A DNA stretch of 64,000 nt from an uncultured Coriobacteriia bacterium (GCA_963751505.1 CAVVUM010000005.1:5122-69121), one strand, 5' to 3'. Shown: positions 22,408 through 34,897, counted from the first letter of the stretch. The notes: generated from the letters alone by a model not told the origin. A program made the numbers and translations.

Positions 22408-24221
22408 ATGAAGCGCATCCTCGCATTCCTGTTCTTGCTCGCGGCCCTTTCCGCATCCGCGCTGCCGGCGTTCGCAGCGTCGGACGACGCGATCCCGGGC
22501 GTTGTGGCCGCCAGCCCGATTGCGGATTCGCTCGACCAGTTCACCGACCTCCGCGACGTGTACGCGATCAGCCTGATGGCTGGGCAGGCCCTGAACGTGA
22601 GCCTCACCGGGTCCGCTGGAACCAACTTCGATCTTCACCTCATATAAGCCGGGCACCGCCTCGGCAGACTTCGTCAGTGCTGTGGCCACGTCCCGCAACT
22701 CCTGGTATCCGGATTCGATCTCGTACACCGCGCCCACGACAGGAACGTACTACCTTGAGGTGTTCGCGTACTCGGGCGCGGGTGACTACACGGCTACCTA
22801 CAGCAAGGTCACCCCCGATGCGGCGGCTGACAACCAGATCCCAGGTGTCGCCGCTCCTGCCAGCCCGATTACCGGCTCACTTGTGAAGAACGGCGGCGGG
22901 TCTTGGTGATGCCCACGACGTGTACGCATTCGACCTCTGGCGGGACAGCTCTTCACTGCGACTCTCACCGATCCGAGCACCGCGGAGTTCACCGACTTCG
23001 ATCTGTGGCTGTTCGGCCCCAGTGCAACGACTGTCAACGGCACTGCGGTTGCGGGTGCGGACGGCCGCTACTACCCGAACCGCATCGAGTACATCGTGCC
23101 GTCGAGCGGGACCTATTACCTTGACGTGTACGCGAATGCGGGCGCGGGCACCTACCAGGTCGCCTACACCGTGGGGGACCCTGCCCACCTACACGATTTC
23201 GACCTATGCGGGGCCTGGAGGCACTATCAGCCCGGTCTCGCCGGTCGTCGCCCAGGGATCGGACAAGACGTTCACCATCACGCCGAAGGTCGGTTACCAT
23301 ATCACCTCGCTCGTCATCGATGGCACACCGATCAACCCCAGCTCGAGCTACACGTTTTGGAACGTGACCAAGTCACACACCATCTCCGCGGTCTTCGCGC
23401 TCAACACCTACCAGCTGAAGTACACCGCAGGTACGGGCGGCTCCATCTCCGGGTCCGCCACGCAGGTTGTGGCGTACGGCTCGAGCGGCGCCCGAGTTAC
23501 GGCGGTGCCGGCCACGGGCTATCGCTTCGTCCGATGGTCCGACGGCAGTACGAGTGCTTCCCGCACAGACAGCAACGTACACGGCAACCTGACCGTCGCG
23601 GCAAGTTTCGCCAAGTCCACGTCGATCTCACTGACCGCACCCGCCACCTCAGACTACGCCTCGGCCAAGCTCTACGGCTATCTCAAGTACGGCTCGGGAA
23701 GTGCCCTTGCCGGTAAGCCGGTCGCGATCGAGCAGTACGTCGGTTCCGGGGCCTGGAAGAAGATCGCCACGGCCACCACCACCTCGAGCGGGTATTTCAC
23801 CTACACCGCCAAACCGACGGTCAAGACCGCGTATCGCGCCCGCTATCTCGGCGACAGCGTCTACAACGCGTCTGCCACCTCCTCGCGCTGGGTGCTGCCG
23901 AAGGTGCGCCTGAGCCGCACGAGCTCGTTGTCTACCCTCACCTACGCCAAGACCTACTACGCCACCGGCTACATCGAGCCGAGGCACTACTCGACCTCGG
24001 GCAAGGTGCGCATCTACGCCTACAAGCGCGCGAGCAACGGCACCTACTACTACAAGGCGAGCTACGCGGCGGCCTACAGCTACTACTCGGCGACCAAGAC
24101 CCGCTACAAGGCCGGGGTCAAGCTGCCGTCCAAGGGTGCTTGGAAGCTCGTGGCGTATCACGCCGCCGACAGCTCCAACGCCGCGACCTGGGGCAGTGCG
24201 GACTACCTGACGGTCAAGTAG
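22408..24221 (+). CDS. Secreted surface protein: two pre-peptidase C-terminal (PPC)-like domains, InlB-B-like repeats and a basic Tyr-rich C-terminal domain (frameshifted)
   Basis: Signal peptide MKRILAFLFLLAALSASALPAFA; twice DVYA...DFDL...TYYL.V.A; YRFVRWSDG repeat; K/Y-rich C-terminus. Confidence 0.7.
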
Positions 24222-24330
24222 CAGGCGCAGTGAGGCGCCCGCGAGTGCGGTTGACGGGCGAGTACTAGTGCCTCCGAAGGATGCGTTGTCGCTGCTCGGG
24301 GGCGTACAATGGAAGTTCACCTGAATCAAG

Positions 24331-27300
24331 GTGAACGCCCATCGGACTCGTGATCTGAGCACTCGGAAGGGAGTAGCGGCACTGACGCATCGGCCGGCCA
24401 CAGCATCACGCGCGTGGCACCAGAAGGCGGTCGCGGCAGCGGTCGTCCTTTCGGCGTTTGTGTTCGCCGCGCTGGGCTTCGCGCTGCTCGGAGTTTCCCC
24501 GGCGCATGCGGTGACCGTCTCGGCCACGGCTGGCACCGGCGCCAACGTCACCGGTATTGGCGCGATCCCGTGGTCGAACGCGGGCAACATCACCACTGTC
24601 GGCACGCCTTACGCGACCGTGCGTCTCGGGAATGCGGAAACAAGCAACTACCTGCTGGGCAACAACTTCGGCTTCAACGTACCCGCAACGGCCACCATCA
24701 CCGGCATCCAAGTCACCATCATGCGCCAGAGCAGTGCGGCCGCTGCACCGTACATCAGGGACAACGTGGTCAGGCTGGTCAAGGGCGGCACCATCACTGG
24801 AAGCGACTATGCCGCGACTACCACCAACTGGCCCGGCTCCATGGCCGCTGCCCCCCCCTACGGCGCTGCACCGGCCGACCCCCTGTGGGGCACCACCTGG
24901 ACGCCAGCTGATATCAACAGTCCCGGTTTCGGTGTCGTTCTCTCAGCCACGCACCCCGCCAACGGTGCCCCCCGAACGGCGAGTGTCGACTACATCCAGG
25001 TCACCGTGGACTACGCTCCGGATTCGACCAAACCCGATGTGGTGGTCAACCAGGCTGTTGGCCAGGCGGACCCAACCAACTCTAAGACGATCTCCTATGA
25101 CGTGGTCTTCAGCGAGCCAGTCACGGGCGTCGACGTGAGCGACTTCTCGGTCGGCGGAAGCGCTACTGGCTTCGCAGTATCGAGCGTGACCGGCTCAGGG
25201 AGCACGTATGTGGTCACCGCGAGCGGAACGACGGTCACGGATGGCACCGTCGCGCTGTCGATGCCCGCGGGCGGGGCACAGGATGCGGCTGAAAACACCA
25301 ACAATGCTTCAACCTCGGCCGATAGCAGCGTCACCTACGACGGTACGCCGCCCACGGTCTCGGTCACCGCTCCATACGCCGATGAGACGCTCACGGGCAC
25401 GGCAACCACCGTCGGCGGCTTGGTAGCCGATGCTGGCACCGGCGTTGCCTCGGTAGGCGTGGTCATCCAGTACACCGACGTTCCCAGCGCAACGACGTAC
25501 TACTGGAACGGAATAGGGTGGCAGACGACTCCCTACCTGAACCCGGCGACCATCACTGGGGCCAGCTGGGCCTACGACTGGGCGTTCAGCCCGGCGCGTC
25601 AGCAGCCGACAGGACGTACACCATCCAGGCAACTGCGGCCGACGCCGTTGGGAACGGCGCCACCTCGGCCGCGGTGACCGGCGTCACCGTGCACAACCAG
25701 TTCACCCTCACCTACAACGCCGGCCCGGGCGGCTCCATCACCGGCACCACGCCCCAGACGGTGAACCACGGGGCGAGCGGCACCGCGGTGACCGCCACGC
25801 CGAATGCCGGCTACCGCTTCGTCAGCTGGTCTGACGGCAACCTCAACGCCACGCGCACCGACGCCAACGTGACAGCCGACCTCACGGTGACGGCGACCTT
25901 CGCGATCAACACCTACACCCTCACCTACATCGCCGGCCCGGGCGGCTCCATCACCGGCACCACGCCCCAGACCGTGAACCACGGGGCGAGCGGCACCGCG
26001 GTCACCGCCACGCCGAATGCCGGCTACCGCTTCGTCAGCTGGTCTGACGGCAACCTCAACGCCACGCGCACCGACGCCAACGTGACAGCCGACCTCACGG
26101 TGACGGCGACCTTCGCGATCAACACCTACACCCTCACCTACCTCGCCGGCCCGGGCGGCTCCATCACCGGCACCACGCCCCAGACGGTGAACCACGGGGC
26201 GAGCGGCACCGCGGTCACCGCCACGCCGAATGCCGGCTACCGCTTCGTCAGCTGGTCTGACGGCAACCTCAACGCCACGCGCACCGACGCCAACGTGACA
26301 GCCGACCTCACGGTGACGGCGACCTTCGCGATCAACACCTACACCCTCACCTACAACGCCGGCCCGGGCGGCTCCATCACCGGCACCACGCCCCAGACGG
26401 TGAACCACGGGGCGAGCGGCACCGCGGTGACCGCCACGCCGAATGCCGGCTACCGCTTCGTCAGCTGGTCTGACGGCAACCTCAACGCCACGCGCACCGA
26501 CGCCAACGTGACAGCCGACCTCACGGTGACGGCGACCTTCGCGATCAACACCTACACCCTCACCTACAACGCGGGCCCCGGCGGCTCCATCACCGGCACC
26601 ACGCCCCAGACCGTAAACCACGGGCCGAGCGGCACCGCGGTCACCGCCACGCCGAATCCGGCTACAGCTTCGTCAGCTGGTCTGACGGCAACCTCAACGC
26701 CACGCGCACCGACACCAACGTGACAGCCGACCTCACGGTGACCGCGACCTTCGCGGTCGCCACCTACACCCTCACCTCTCGGCGGGCCCGGCGGCTCCAT
26801 CACGCCACTCGCCCCAGACGGTGAACCAGGGCGGCAGCGGGACCGCGGTACACCTCACGCCGGATCCCGGCTACCACGTCGCTGACGCTGGTTGACGGAG
26901 CGTCAAGGGCCCGCGCACCGACGCCAACGTGACGGCCGACCATCACGATGGCGGCGACCTTCGCGCTCAACACCTACACGATCACGACGAGCCCGGGTGC
27001 CAACGGCACCATCACGCCGCGCGAACCCGAGCGTTGCGCACGGTGCGAACCAGACGTTCCTCATCGTGCCCGAACGCTGGCTTCCACGTGGCCGACGTCG
27101 TGGTCGACGGGGTATCGCAGGGGCCGATCGGCACCTACACGTTCTCGAACGTCACGGCGGCCCACACGATCGCGGCGACCTTCGAGGTCAACACCTACAC
27201 CCTGACCTACACCGCCGGCACCGGTGGCACGATCACCGGCACCTCGCCGCAGACCGTCAACCACGGGCGGACGGCACCGCCGTCACCGCCGTGCCCGACG

Positions 27301-30300
27301 CCGGCTACTCCTTCGTGAAGTGGTCCGACGATGTCATGACCGCCACTCGCACCGACACCAACGTGCAGGCCGATCTGTCGGTGACCGCGATCTTCACGGC
27401 GAGCACCACCTACACGATCACGTCATCGGCAGGCGCGAACGGCTCGATCTCGCCGCTCGGCGACACGACCGTGCCTGAGGGCGGCAGCCAGACCTACACC
27501 ATCACGCCCGACACGGGCTACCACGTTGCGAGTCTCACCGTCGACGGCGCGCCCGTGTCGCCCGCGACCGAGCTACACCTTCACCAACGTGACGGCGGCC
27601 CACACGATCGCTGCGACCTTCGACCTCAACACCTACACCCTGACCTACACCGCCGGCACCGGCGGCTCGATCACGGGCACCACGCCGCAGACCGTCGACT
27701 CACGGCGCGGACGGCAGCGAGGTCACCGCCGTGCCGGACACCGGCTACACCTTCAAGAAGTGGTCCGACAACGTCATGACAGCCGCGCGCACCGACACTA
27801 ACGTGCAGTCGGACCTCACGGTGAATGCGGTCTTCAGCAAGCTGCCGATCACGCCCGGCGAACAGACGATTCCGCCGCACGTGGCCACCTCGGAGGACAC
27901 CGACGCGTGCGCCATGTGTCACCGGTCGCACACGGCGGCGTCGCAGGTCTCCGCGATGGGTGCGCTCGAGACCACGTTCAACGCGCTGATAGTCGGTGCG
28001 ATCTCGCCAGAGCAGGGCGACGTGCCGCTGTGCTACTCCTGCCACGGCGTGGACAGCCTCGGCGCGCTGACCGACGTGCAGACGGCGTTCGAGGAGCGCT
28101 CCTCCCACAAGCTCGCGCCCGAGACCTCGGACGTACGGGCCCGAGAACAAGCAGTGCAGCTCGTGCCATGACAGCCACGGCACCGAGAAGACGGCCGAGG
28201 GCGACCCCTTCCCGGGCCTGCTCAGGAGTCGTGACGCGAGCGACCACGTCGTGATGAGCGGCGACGAGTACTGCACGTCCTGCCACGACCAGAACATCAA
28301 GGGCGCGCTGGGACGGCATCGAGATCTGGCGTCAGACCGCGCACGTCGACCTGACGCCCACCGTGTCGGGCACCGAGGTCGTCTGCTCTGTGTGCCACGA
28401 GGCGCACGGCTCGTCCAACACCGCGCTGATCCGCACGACGCTCACGCCGCCGTCGGTCGAAGACACCGTGGCGGTTCCGGGCAACGATCGCTGGCTCTGC
28501 TACGCCTGCCACCCCGGCGGGCTCGCGACGTACTCGGGCGGTCTCACCTACGAGGCCTCGACCCACGGCTCTTCCGATGCGACCGTCGCCATCACCACCG
28601 AGTGGGCGAAGCGCTTCCCGGCCGGTTCCGCCGAGACGAGCCGCGCGGCAGGGGAGTGCCAGGTCTGTCACGCGGCCACCGGTCGCAACGACGGCACCGG
28701 TAAGCCCTACCCGAAGCTGCAGGACGCGGTCGGCCCGGCGCTCTGCTACCGCTGCCACGACCGGGGCTCCACCATCGCGAGCGACGTCGCCTCTCTCTAT
28801 CCGACGACCACCGCCGACGTGCCCGAGGTCATCGCGGCCTACGGCGCGTCGCCCACGACCCAGCAGTTCTCGCTCGTGCAGGTCTACTCACGGGAGTCGA
28901 GTGCTGTCGGCCGGTCTCCCCTCGCCGCGACAGGCGATCGAGGGCACCGTCGGGCCGATGGCCGCCGGTGACATCGACGGCGACCCGCGCGCCGAAGCCG
29001 AGGCGATCGTCGTGCGGCCGGGCGGCGTCGGTGTTACGGTCCTGCGCCGCTCAGCACTTGCGGGTCTGACCGAGACCTCGGCGAATCTGCTCGCCGAAGC
29101 GTCGTATGTCGCCATCGGCGATGTGCTGAGCGACACCGGCGACCTGAACGAGGTCGTCGCCGCCACCGACAACGTCGTTCGCGTCTACCGCTGGAGCGGT
29201 TCGACACTGACGTTCGTGCCGTCCACCGCGACCACGGTGAGCGGCACCATCTCGGGCCTCACGACCGGCGATGTGCTCGGCACGGATGGTGACGAGATCG
29301 TGCTCACCACCAACGCGCCCGACCAGCTCTACATCATCGACGGCGGCTCGGGCTCGCTCTCCGTGAACGGCCCCTACGCGACTCAGGCGTTGCCCAAGGG
29401 TCCGTCCGTCGGCGATCTCGACGGGGCCGCCGACGACAAGGGCGAGATCGCGGTCGCCTTCTCGGGCGAGGCCGTCTCGCCGATGGTGGGCATCTACGGG
29501 CCGACCGGCAGCTCTCATCACCAGCGCAGGGGCGACCGGCGGAGGCGAGAGGCGAGCGCAGCGTGCGCTGATCCGTGACGTCCTGTGGGGGACCCAGGCG
29601 GCGGGTCGCACGCGGGCCGAGGTCACGGTGAGCGTTGCCGACCCGGTCGACGGAGCCGCCGACGGGGCCCGCGTCGATGTCTTCCCGCAAGACACCGGCA
29701 ACGACCTGGCTTCTGCCGTCTCCTACTCGCTCCCGGCATTCAGCAACCCCGCCGAGATGGACACCGCCGACATCGATGGCGACGGCCACAAGGAACTGCT
29801 CGTCGCCCGCGCCGGCTCGCGCGTCCAGACCGCGACGCCGAATCCCCCGGGCTGAGCGCGGTCAAGACCAACGGCGACGGCACCGCTATCGCCGGCGACA
29901 CGTTCTACCAGGCGGCCGGTATCGAAGCCGCCGATTCGGGCCCGGGTTCCGCCTGGGTCGCAGCGGCCGAGATGGGCGACGTCGGCGCCTCGAAGCACGC
30001 CGTAGGCGCGGTGGAGGACACGCACGTCTCGACCGAGACCGCGTCGTTCGAGCGTCACGTCGAGTGTGTGGACTGCCACAACGTCCACGAGGCCACGAGC
30101 ACGCCGGCGCCGGCTCCACTCGCCTACGGCGCCATCAAGGGCACGCAGGGCGTCTCTGTGGCCAACTCGCCCGCGGGCCAGATCACCTACACGCAGAAGC
30201 CGCGCATCGACAACGAGTACGAGCTCTGCATGAAGTGCCACAGCGGCTGGTCGGCCTCGACAGACACCCGCAACATCGCCAAGGAGATCGACACGCGCAA

Positions 30301-30810
30301 CGCTTCGGTTCACGCGATCGAGGAGACCTCGACGACCAGCAACGCGACGGCCGGCTCGTTCGTCTCCGGCTGGGGCAACGACTCGGTCCTGCACTGCCGA
30401 GACTGTCACGGCACCGCGGACAAGACGGCTGTCCAGGGCCCGCACGCCTCAGATCAGGCGCCACTGCTCGTGAAGCCCTACTGGGGTGTCACGCCGAGCG
30501 ACGCCTCGCAGCTGTGCTTCGACTGCCACCGCCGCGAGGTGTACTTCACCGGCGCCGAGGACGGCGTCCCTGCCTCCACGAGCCGCTTCTACAACGACTC
30601 TGGTGCCGGGGCGCGCCAAGCTTCTGCACAGCTGGCACACGCAGACCCAGGGCAGGAGCTGCTCGGCCTGTCACGTCACGCACGGCGGGACCGTCAAGGC
30701 GCTCCTCCGCGTCGGACGTCGGCTACACGGTCGCGGTCGACGGGAACGGCGGCTCGTGCCTCAACGGTTGCCACAACGGCGACTCGCACGCGTACGCGCC
30801 CAACCCCTAG
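24331..30810 (+). CDS. Giant (~2100 aa) surface multiheme cytochrome c with Ig-like domains, tandem InlB-B-like repeats, ~14 heme motifs and an FG-GAP-like propeller (many frameshifts)
   Basis: Signal peptide ..PAHA-V; Ig-like (FSEPVTG, DGTPPTVSVT); 71-aa repeats; CAMCH, CYSCH, CSSCH, CTSCH, CSVCH, CYACH, CQVCH, CYRCH; GDIDGD/GDLDG/ADIDGDG repeats; CVDCH, CMKCH, CRDCH, CFDCH, CSACH, CLNGCH. No new RBS plus signal peptide seen between segments, but a split into two genes cannot be excluded. Confidence 0.72.
25704..26980 (+). repeat. Tandem direct repeat, 213-bp unit (71 aa): five near-identical copies and one degenerate copy
   Basis: Unit starts (ACCCTCACCTAC) at 25704, 25917, 26130, 26343, 26556 and ~26768; encodes TLTYxAGPGGSITGTTPQTVNHGASGTAVTATPNAGYRFVSWSDGNLNATRTDANVTADLTVTATFAINTY. 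Confidence 0.97.
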
Positions 30811-30927
30811 GCGCCGCTCGGTCGTGTGCCACTGCCTCGACATCGCTCCGTTCGAGGAGTATCTATGGTAGGCACAGGGCGAGGCCGGTCTGCGGCTTCG
30901 CCTAGGCGTGTCTGAGGGGAGGGCACC

Positions 30928-31279
30928 ATGAGCCTGCGCAGGGCGCTCGACGCCCTGCCCGACGATCGGGCGACAGCATCTGAGTTGCGCTCGGCGTTGA
31001 GCTTCCTGCAGACACACCAGGACGAGCCCGTGGACGAGGCACGGATGGCGCGCGCCACCGGAGTGCCTGAGCAGCATCTTCACCGACTGATGCGCAGTCT
31101 TGGCCGACGCCTTCGTGGTAGACTGCGTCGGCTCGGACCGTACCGGGTGGATCTACACGGAGAGCCCGATGCTCGCTCTCGAGGTCTCGAGGTTCCTCCG
31201 GACCGCTTCCACCTCGGATGCGCGCCTGCAACGGGGCGCCGAGCGATTCCGGAATCGGTTCGGCCCCAGGGCCGTCTGA
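30928..31279 (+). CDS. Hypothetical protein, possibly winged-helix (frameshifted)
   Basis: GGAGG RBS; helix pattern EARMARATGVPEQHLHRLM. Confidence 0.45.
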
Positions 31280-31299
31280 GTACACGAGGGGTAGGGGCG

Positions 31300-32193
31300 A
31301 TGAGATCGGTTCGGCCGGGCGATCGCGGTCCGGCAGTCGAAGACATCCAGCGCAGGCTTCGCGCGCTCGGCTATGACCTTGGGCGGGCGGGGATCGACGG
31401 CATCTTCCTCGGCGCGACGGCCGACGCGGTCAAGTCGTTCCAGCGCGAGCTGGGCCTGACCGAGGACGGCTTCGTCGGCGACGAGACCTGGTCCGCGCTC
31501 GTCGACGCGACGTTCACCCTTGGCGATCGCATGCTCTATCTGCGCGTGCCGCACTTCCACGGCAACGACGCGAGGCTGCTGCAGCAGGCGCTCAACACGC
31601 TCGGTTTCGCCTGCGGCGCCGTCGACGGCATCTTCGGGGGCTTCACCGAGCGCGCCGTCCGCGAGTTCCAGCGCAACGCGGCCCTGCCGGCCGACGGCAT
31701 CGTGGGGCCGGAGACGGTGCGCGCGCTCATGGCGCTGAGGCACGTCTGGGAGGGCAAGGAGCCGAAGGCCCACTCCGAGGCCCGGCTCGGCCAGGCTCGC
31801 GCCGCAGAGGTGCTCTCGCAGGTCTGCGCTTGCGGTCGGCGGGATCGATGAGGTGGGTGGCCGCGTCGCTCGGCGCATCGTGAACCTCGCCTCGGCCACC
31901 ACCGTCGATTCCGCGGTCGGGCTGCTCGAGCCGCCTGCCGAGCCGCCCGCCGACACGCGCCTGGTGCTGCTGATCGGCGAGAGCGGCACGACATCTGCTC
32001 TAACGGGTCGTCCCGTCGTCACGGTGCCATCGGACACACTGGCAGCCCGGCTCGTGACGGCAACGGCGAGCAGACCGCGTCGGAGCACCCCGAGGTGCTC
32101 GTGGAACTCGGGTGCGAAGTCGCCGGGGACGAGCGCGAAGAGCAGCGCTCAGCGGTGAGTCTGCTCGACGCGGTGTGCGCCCTCTACGCCTAG
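31300..32193 (+). CDS. Peptidoglycan-binding domain protein (two PG_binding_1 repeats; frameshifted)
   Basis: GDRGPAVEDIQRRLRALGY..DGIF..T..AVKSFQ..GL..DGFVG..TW, then a second copy LQQALNTLGF..DGIFG..T..AVREFQ. Confidence 0.85.
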
Positions 32194-32232
32194 GGGAGCA
32201 CGCTGCTCCGTGGTATACTTCCGCGGAGTGTC

Positions 32233-33282
32233 ATGCCACCGGTCAGCCAGGGAGGCAACGAACTGACTACCCGCCGTGCGGCATTCGCGGTCGTGGCCCT
32301 CGTGGTCGCGTTCGCCATTGGTGCCACCTCCGCTCACGCGGTTCCGAGCAGCAAGCTCGAACAGGCGCGAGCCGTCAAATCGAAGATCGACCGACTCGAC
32401 CAGCAGGTCTCGGTCGCCGATGAGCGCTACCTCCAGGCGTCGCTCAAGCACGCCAAGATCGCCAAGGAGAAGAAGCAGGTCGAGCGCAAGCTGCGCAAGG
32501 TCACGAAGCGCATGGGCGTCGTGCAGACGCACCTGAACGTGCGCGCGGGCAGCATGTATCGCAGCGGACAGATGGCGTTCGTGCAGGTCCTGGTCGGCGC
32601 CGAGTCCTTCGAGGAGTTCGCGGCGACGTGGGACGTGCTCAAGGACCTCAACAAGGACGACGCGGCGTCGATCGCTGAACTGAAGGACCTCCGCGCGGAG
32701 GCGAAGCGGACGCGCCGCAAGCTGGTCACCAAGGAGAAGGCGGCCGCGAAGCAAGTCGCGATCATGCGCGCGAACAAGAACGCGATCCAAGCCAAGCTGT
32801 CCGCCCGCCGCTCCGAACTCGCCGGTCTCGAAGCCGAGATCAACGCTCTCGAGAACGCCGAGCGCCGTGCTCGCACCGCTCGCGCGGCCTCGTTCACCTC
32901 GTCGCCCTCACGCGAGCGGAGATTCCCGCCACCCACGCGGGCGCCTCGCAGCGGGGTCGTGGGTGTCGCGCGCCGCTACCTGGGCGCTCCGTACGTCTGG
33001 GCCGCCTCAGGCCCGAACTCGTTCGACTGCTCCGGGTTCACGATGTTCGTCTACCGCCAGGTCGGCGTCTCGCTGCCGCACAGCTCGCGAGCGCAGATCG
33101 GCTACGGCCAGCGTGTCAGCCGCGGCAACCTGCAGGCCGGCGACCTCGTGTTCTTCGGCTCGCCCATCCACCACGTGGGCATCTACGTGGGCGGCGGCAT
33201 GATGATCCACGCGCCTCACAGCGGCGCGGTCGTGCGCATCGACCCGCTGCACTCGAACTACTCCGGCGCCACTCGCCCGTAG
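32233..33282 (+). CDS. Secreted NlpC/P60 peptidoglycan endopeptidase with coiled-coil N-terminus
   Basis: Signal peptide, coiled coil, YLGAPYVWAASGPNSFDCSG, GDLVFF, HVGIY, MIHA. Confidence 0.93.
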   Translation: MPPVSQGGNELTTRRAAFAVVALVVAFAIGATSAHAVPSSKLEQARAVKSKIDRLDQQVSVADERYLQASLKHAKIAKEKKQVERKLRKVTKRMGVVQTHLNVRAGSMYRSGQMAFVQVLVGAESFEEFAATWDVLKDLNKDDAASIAELKDLRAEAKRTRRKLVTKEKAAAKQVAIMRANKNAIQAKLSARRSELAGLEAEINALENAERRARTARAASFTSSPSRERRFPPPTRAPRSGVVGVARRYLGAPYVWAASGPNSFDCSGFTMFVYRQVGVSLPHSSRAQIGYGQRVSRGNLQAGDLVFFGSPIHHVGIYVGGGMMIHAPHSGAVVRIDPLHSNYSGATRP

Positions 33283-33396
33283 TACTTCAGTCTCGCGCCA
33301 ACTTCGACGATACCTGTAGTGGGTGCCGCTGAGCGGCATCGTCCTGTAGGTATCGTGGCGCCGCGATTCGATGCGGCGCGAAGGAGTGGCGCGGCT

Positions 33397-34502
33397 GTGG
33401 CTGAGATCGACGGCCTGCTGAAGCTGATGACGGACAAGGGCAGCTCCGACCTGCACATCAAGGTCGGCAGCCCTCCCGCCGTGCGCCTCAACGGCCGGCT
33501 GGTCGTGCTCGACCAGATCCAGACCCTCACGCCCGGAGCAGACGCAGATGCTCGCCGTCGGCATGATGGACGAGCGGCAGCGTCAGACCTTCGAGAACCA
33601 CCGCGAGGTCGACTTCGCCTACTCGCTGTCCGGCGTCGGGCGCTTTCGCGTGAACGTGTTCCGCCAGCGCGGCAGCATCGGCATGACACTGCGGCGCGTT
33701 GCGACCGAACGCGCGACCATGGAGGAGCTCGGGCTGCCTCCGATCCTCGAGCGTCTGGCCGACGAGCCGCGCGGGCTGATACTCGTCACCGGCACCGCCG
33801 GCTCGGGCAAGACCACGACGCTCGCGGCGATGATCGACCACATCAACCACACGCGCGAGGGTCACATCGTGACCATCGAGGACCCGATCGAGGTGCTTCA
33901 CCAGGACGTGAAGTGCATCGTCAACCAGCGCGAGATCGGTATCGACACCGAGAGCTACGCCGACGCGCTGCGCCACGTCGTGCGCCAGGACCCCGACGTC
34001 GTGCTCATCGGCGAGATGCGCGATCACGAGACGGTGTCGGCCGCGCTCACCGCAGCCGAGATCGGCAACCTCGTGCTCTCGACGCTGCACACCATCGACG
34101 CCACCGAGACGATCAACCGCATCATCGACTTCTTCCCGCCCTACCAGCAGAAGCAGGTGCGGCTGATGATGGCCGCGACGCTCAAGGGCATCGTGTCGAT
34201 GCGCCTCATCCCGTCGCTGCAGGGCGGGCTCGTGCCCGCGGTCGAGGTGCTGGTGATGACCGGCACGGTTCGCGAGTACATCACCGATCCCGGACAAGAC
34301 CTACATGATCCGGGACGCGATGGAGGAGGGGGAGTACTACGGCATGCAGACGTTCGACCAGTCGCTGATCACGCTCTACGCGAACCAGCGGATCACCCTG
34401 GACGACGCGATCGCGATGTCGCAGAACGCCCACGACTTCAAGATCAAGGTCCGCGCGCTCGGCATCGACCAGACCTCGGCGGCCCAGACCGGCGTCTACT
34501 AG
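33397..34502 (+). CDS. pilT: Type IV pilus retraction ATPase PilT/PilU (frameshifted)
   Basis: SDLHIKVGSPP, RFRVNVF, GTAGSGKTTT, TIEDPIE, RQDPDVVLIGEMRD, TLHT, GMQTFDQSL. Confidence 0.9.
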
Positions 34503-34897
34503 GTTCCCGGCGTCTGCGGTGCCGCGGCGCCGGGCGCAGCCGCTCGACGGCGAGTGCGGCGAGCACGCCGACTGCCGCCCCCGTCGTGTCGAGCAGCCAG
34601 TCCACCGGGTCGGGCGTCCGCATCGGCACGAACGACTGGTGCCACTCGTCGCTGATCCCGTACGCCGAGGCGAGCGCGATCGCGAGCACTGCGGCGCGGG
34701 CCGGCGGATGGTCGACGCGGAGGGCCGCGTAGAGCGCCACAGCCGAGCATGGCGTACTCGATGAGGTGCGCCTGCACGCTGTACCCGCCGGGAAGTGCCG
34801 AGCCGGGCGTCGACGAGAAGGCGAAGATCACCGTCGCCCATGCAACGACGAGACCCCACCTCCAGCCGCGCGACAGCCTCGGTATGCGCATGGGCAT
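34499..34897 (-). CDS. VanZ-family membrane protein (frameshifted)
   Basis: IFAFSS, AHLIEYAMLG, YGISDEWHQSFVPMR, DWLLD. Confidence 0.85.
   Translation of the reverse strand: MPMRIPRLSRGWRWGLVVAWATVIFAFSSTPGSALPGGYSVQAHLIEYAMLGCGALRGPPRRPSAGPRRSARDRARLGVRDQRRVAPVVRADADARPGGLAARHDGGGSRRARRTRRRAAAPGAAAPQTPGT

Noticed and set aside
25704..26980. CRISPR array
   Set aside because: The units are contiguous 213-bp in-frame coding repeats with no unique spacers, and there are no cas genes.
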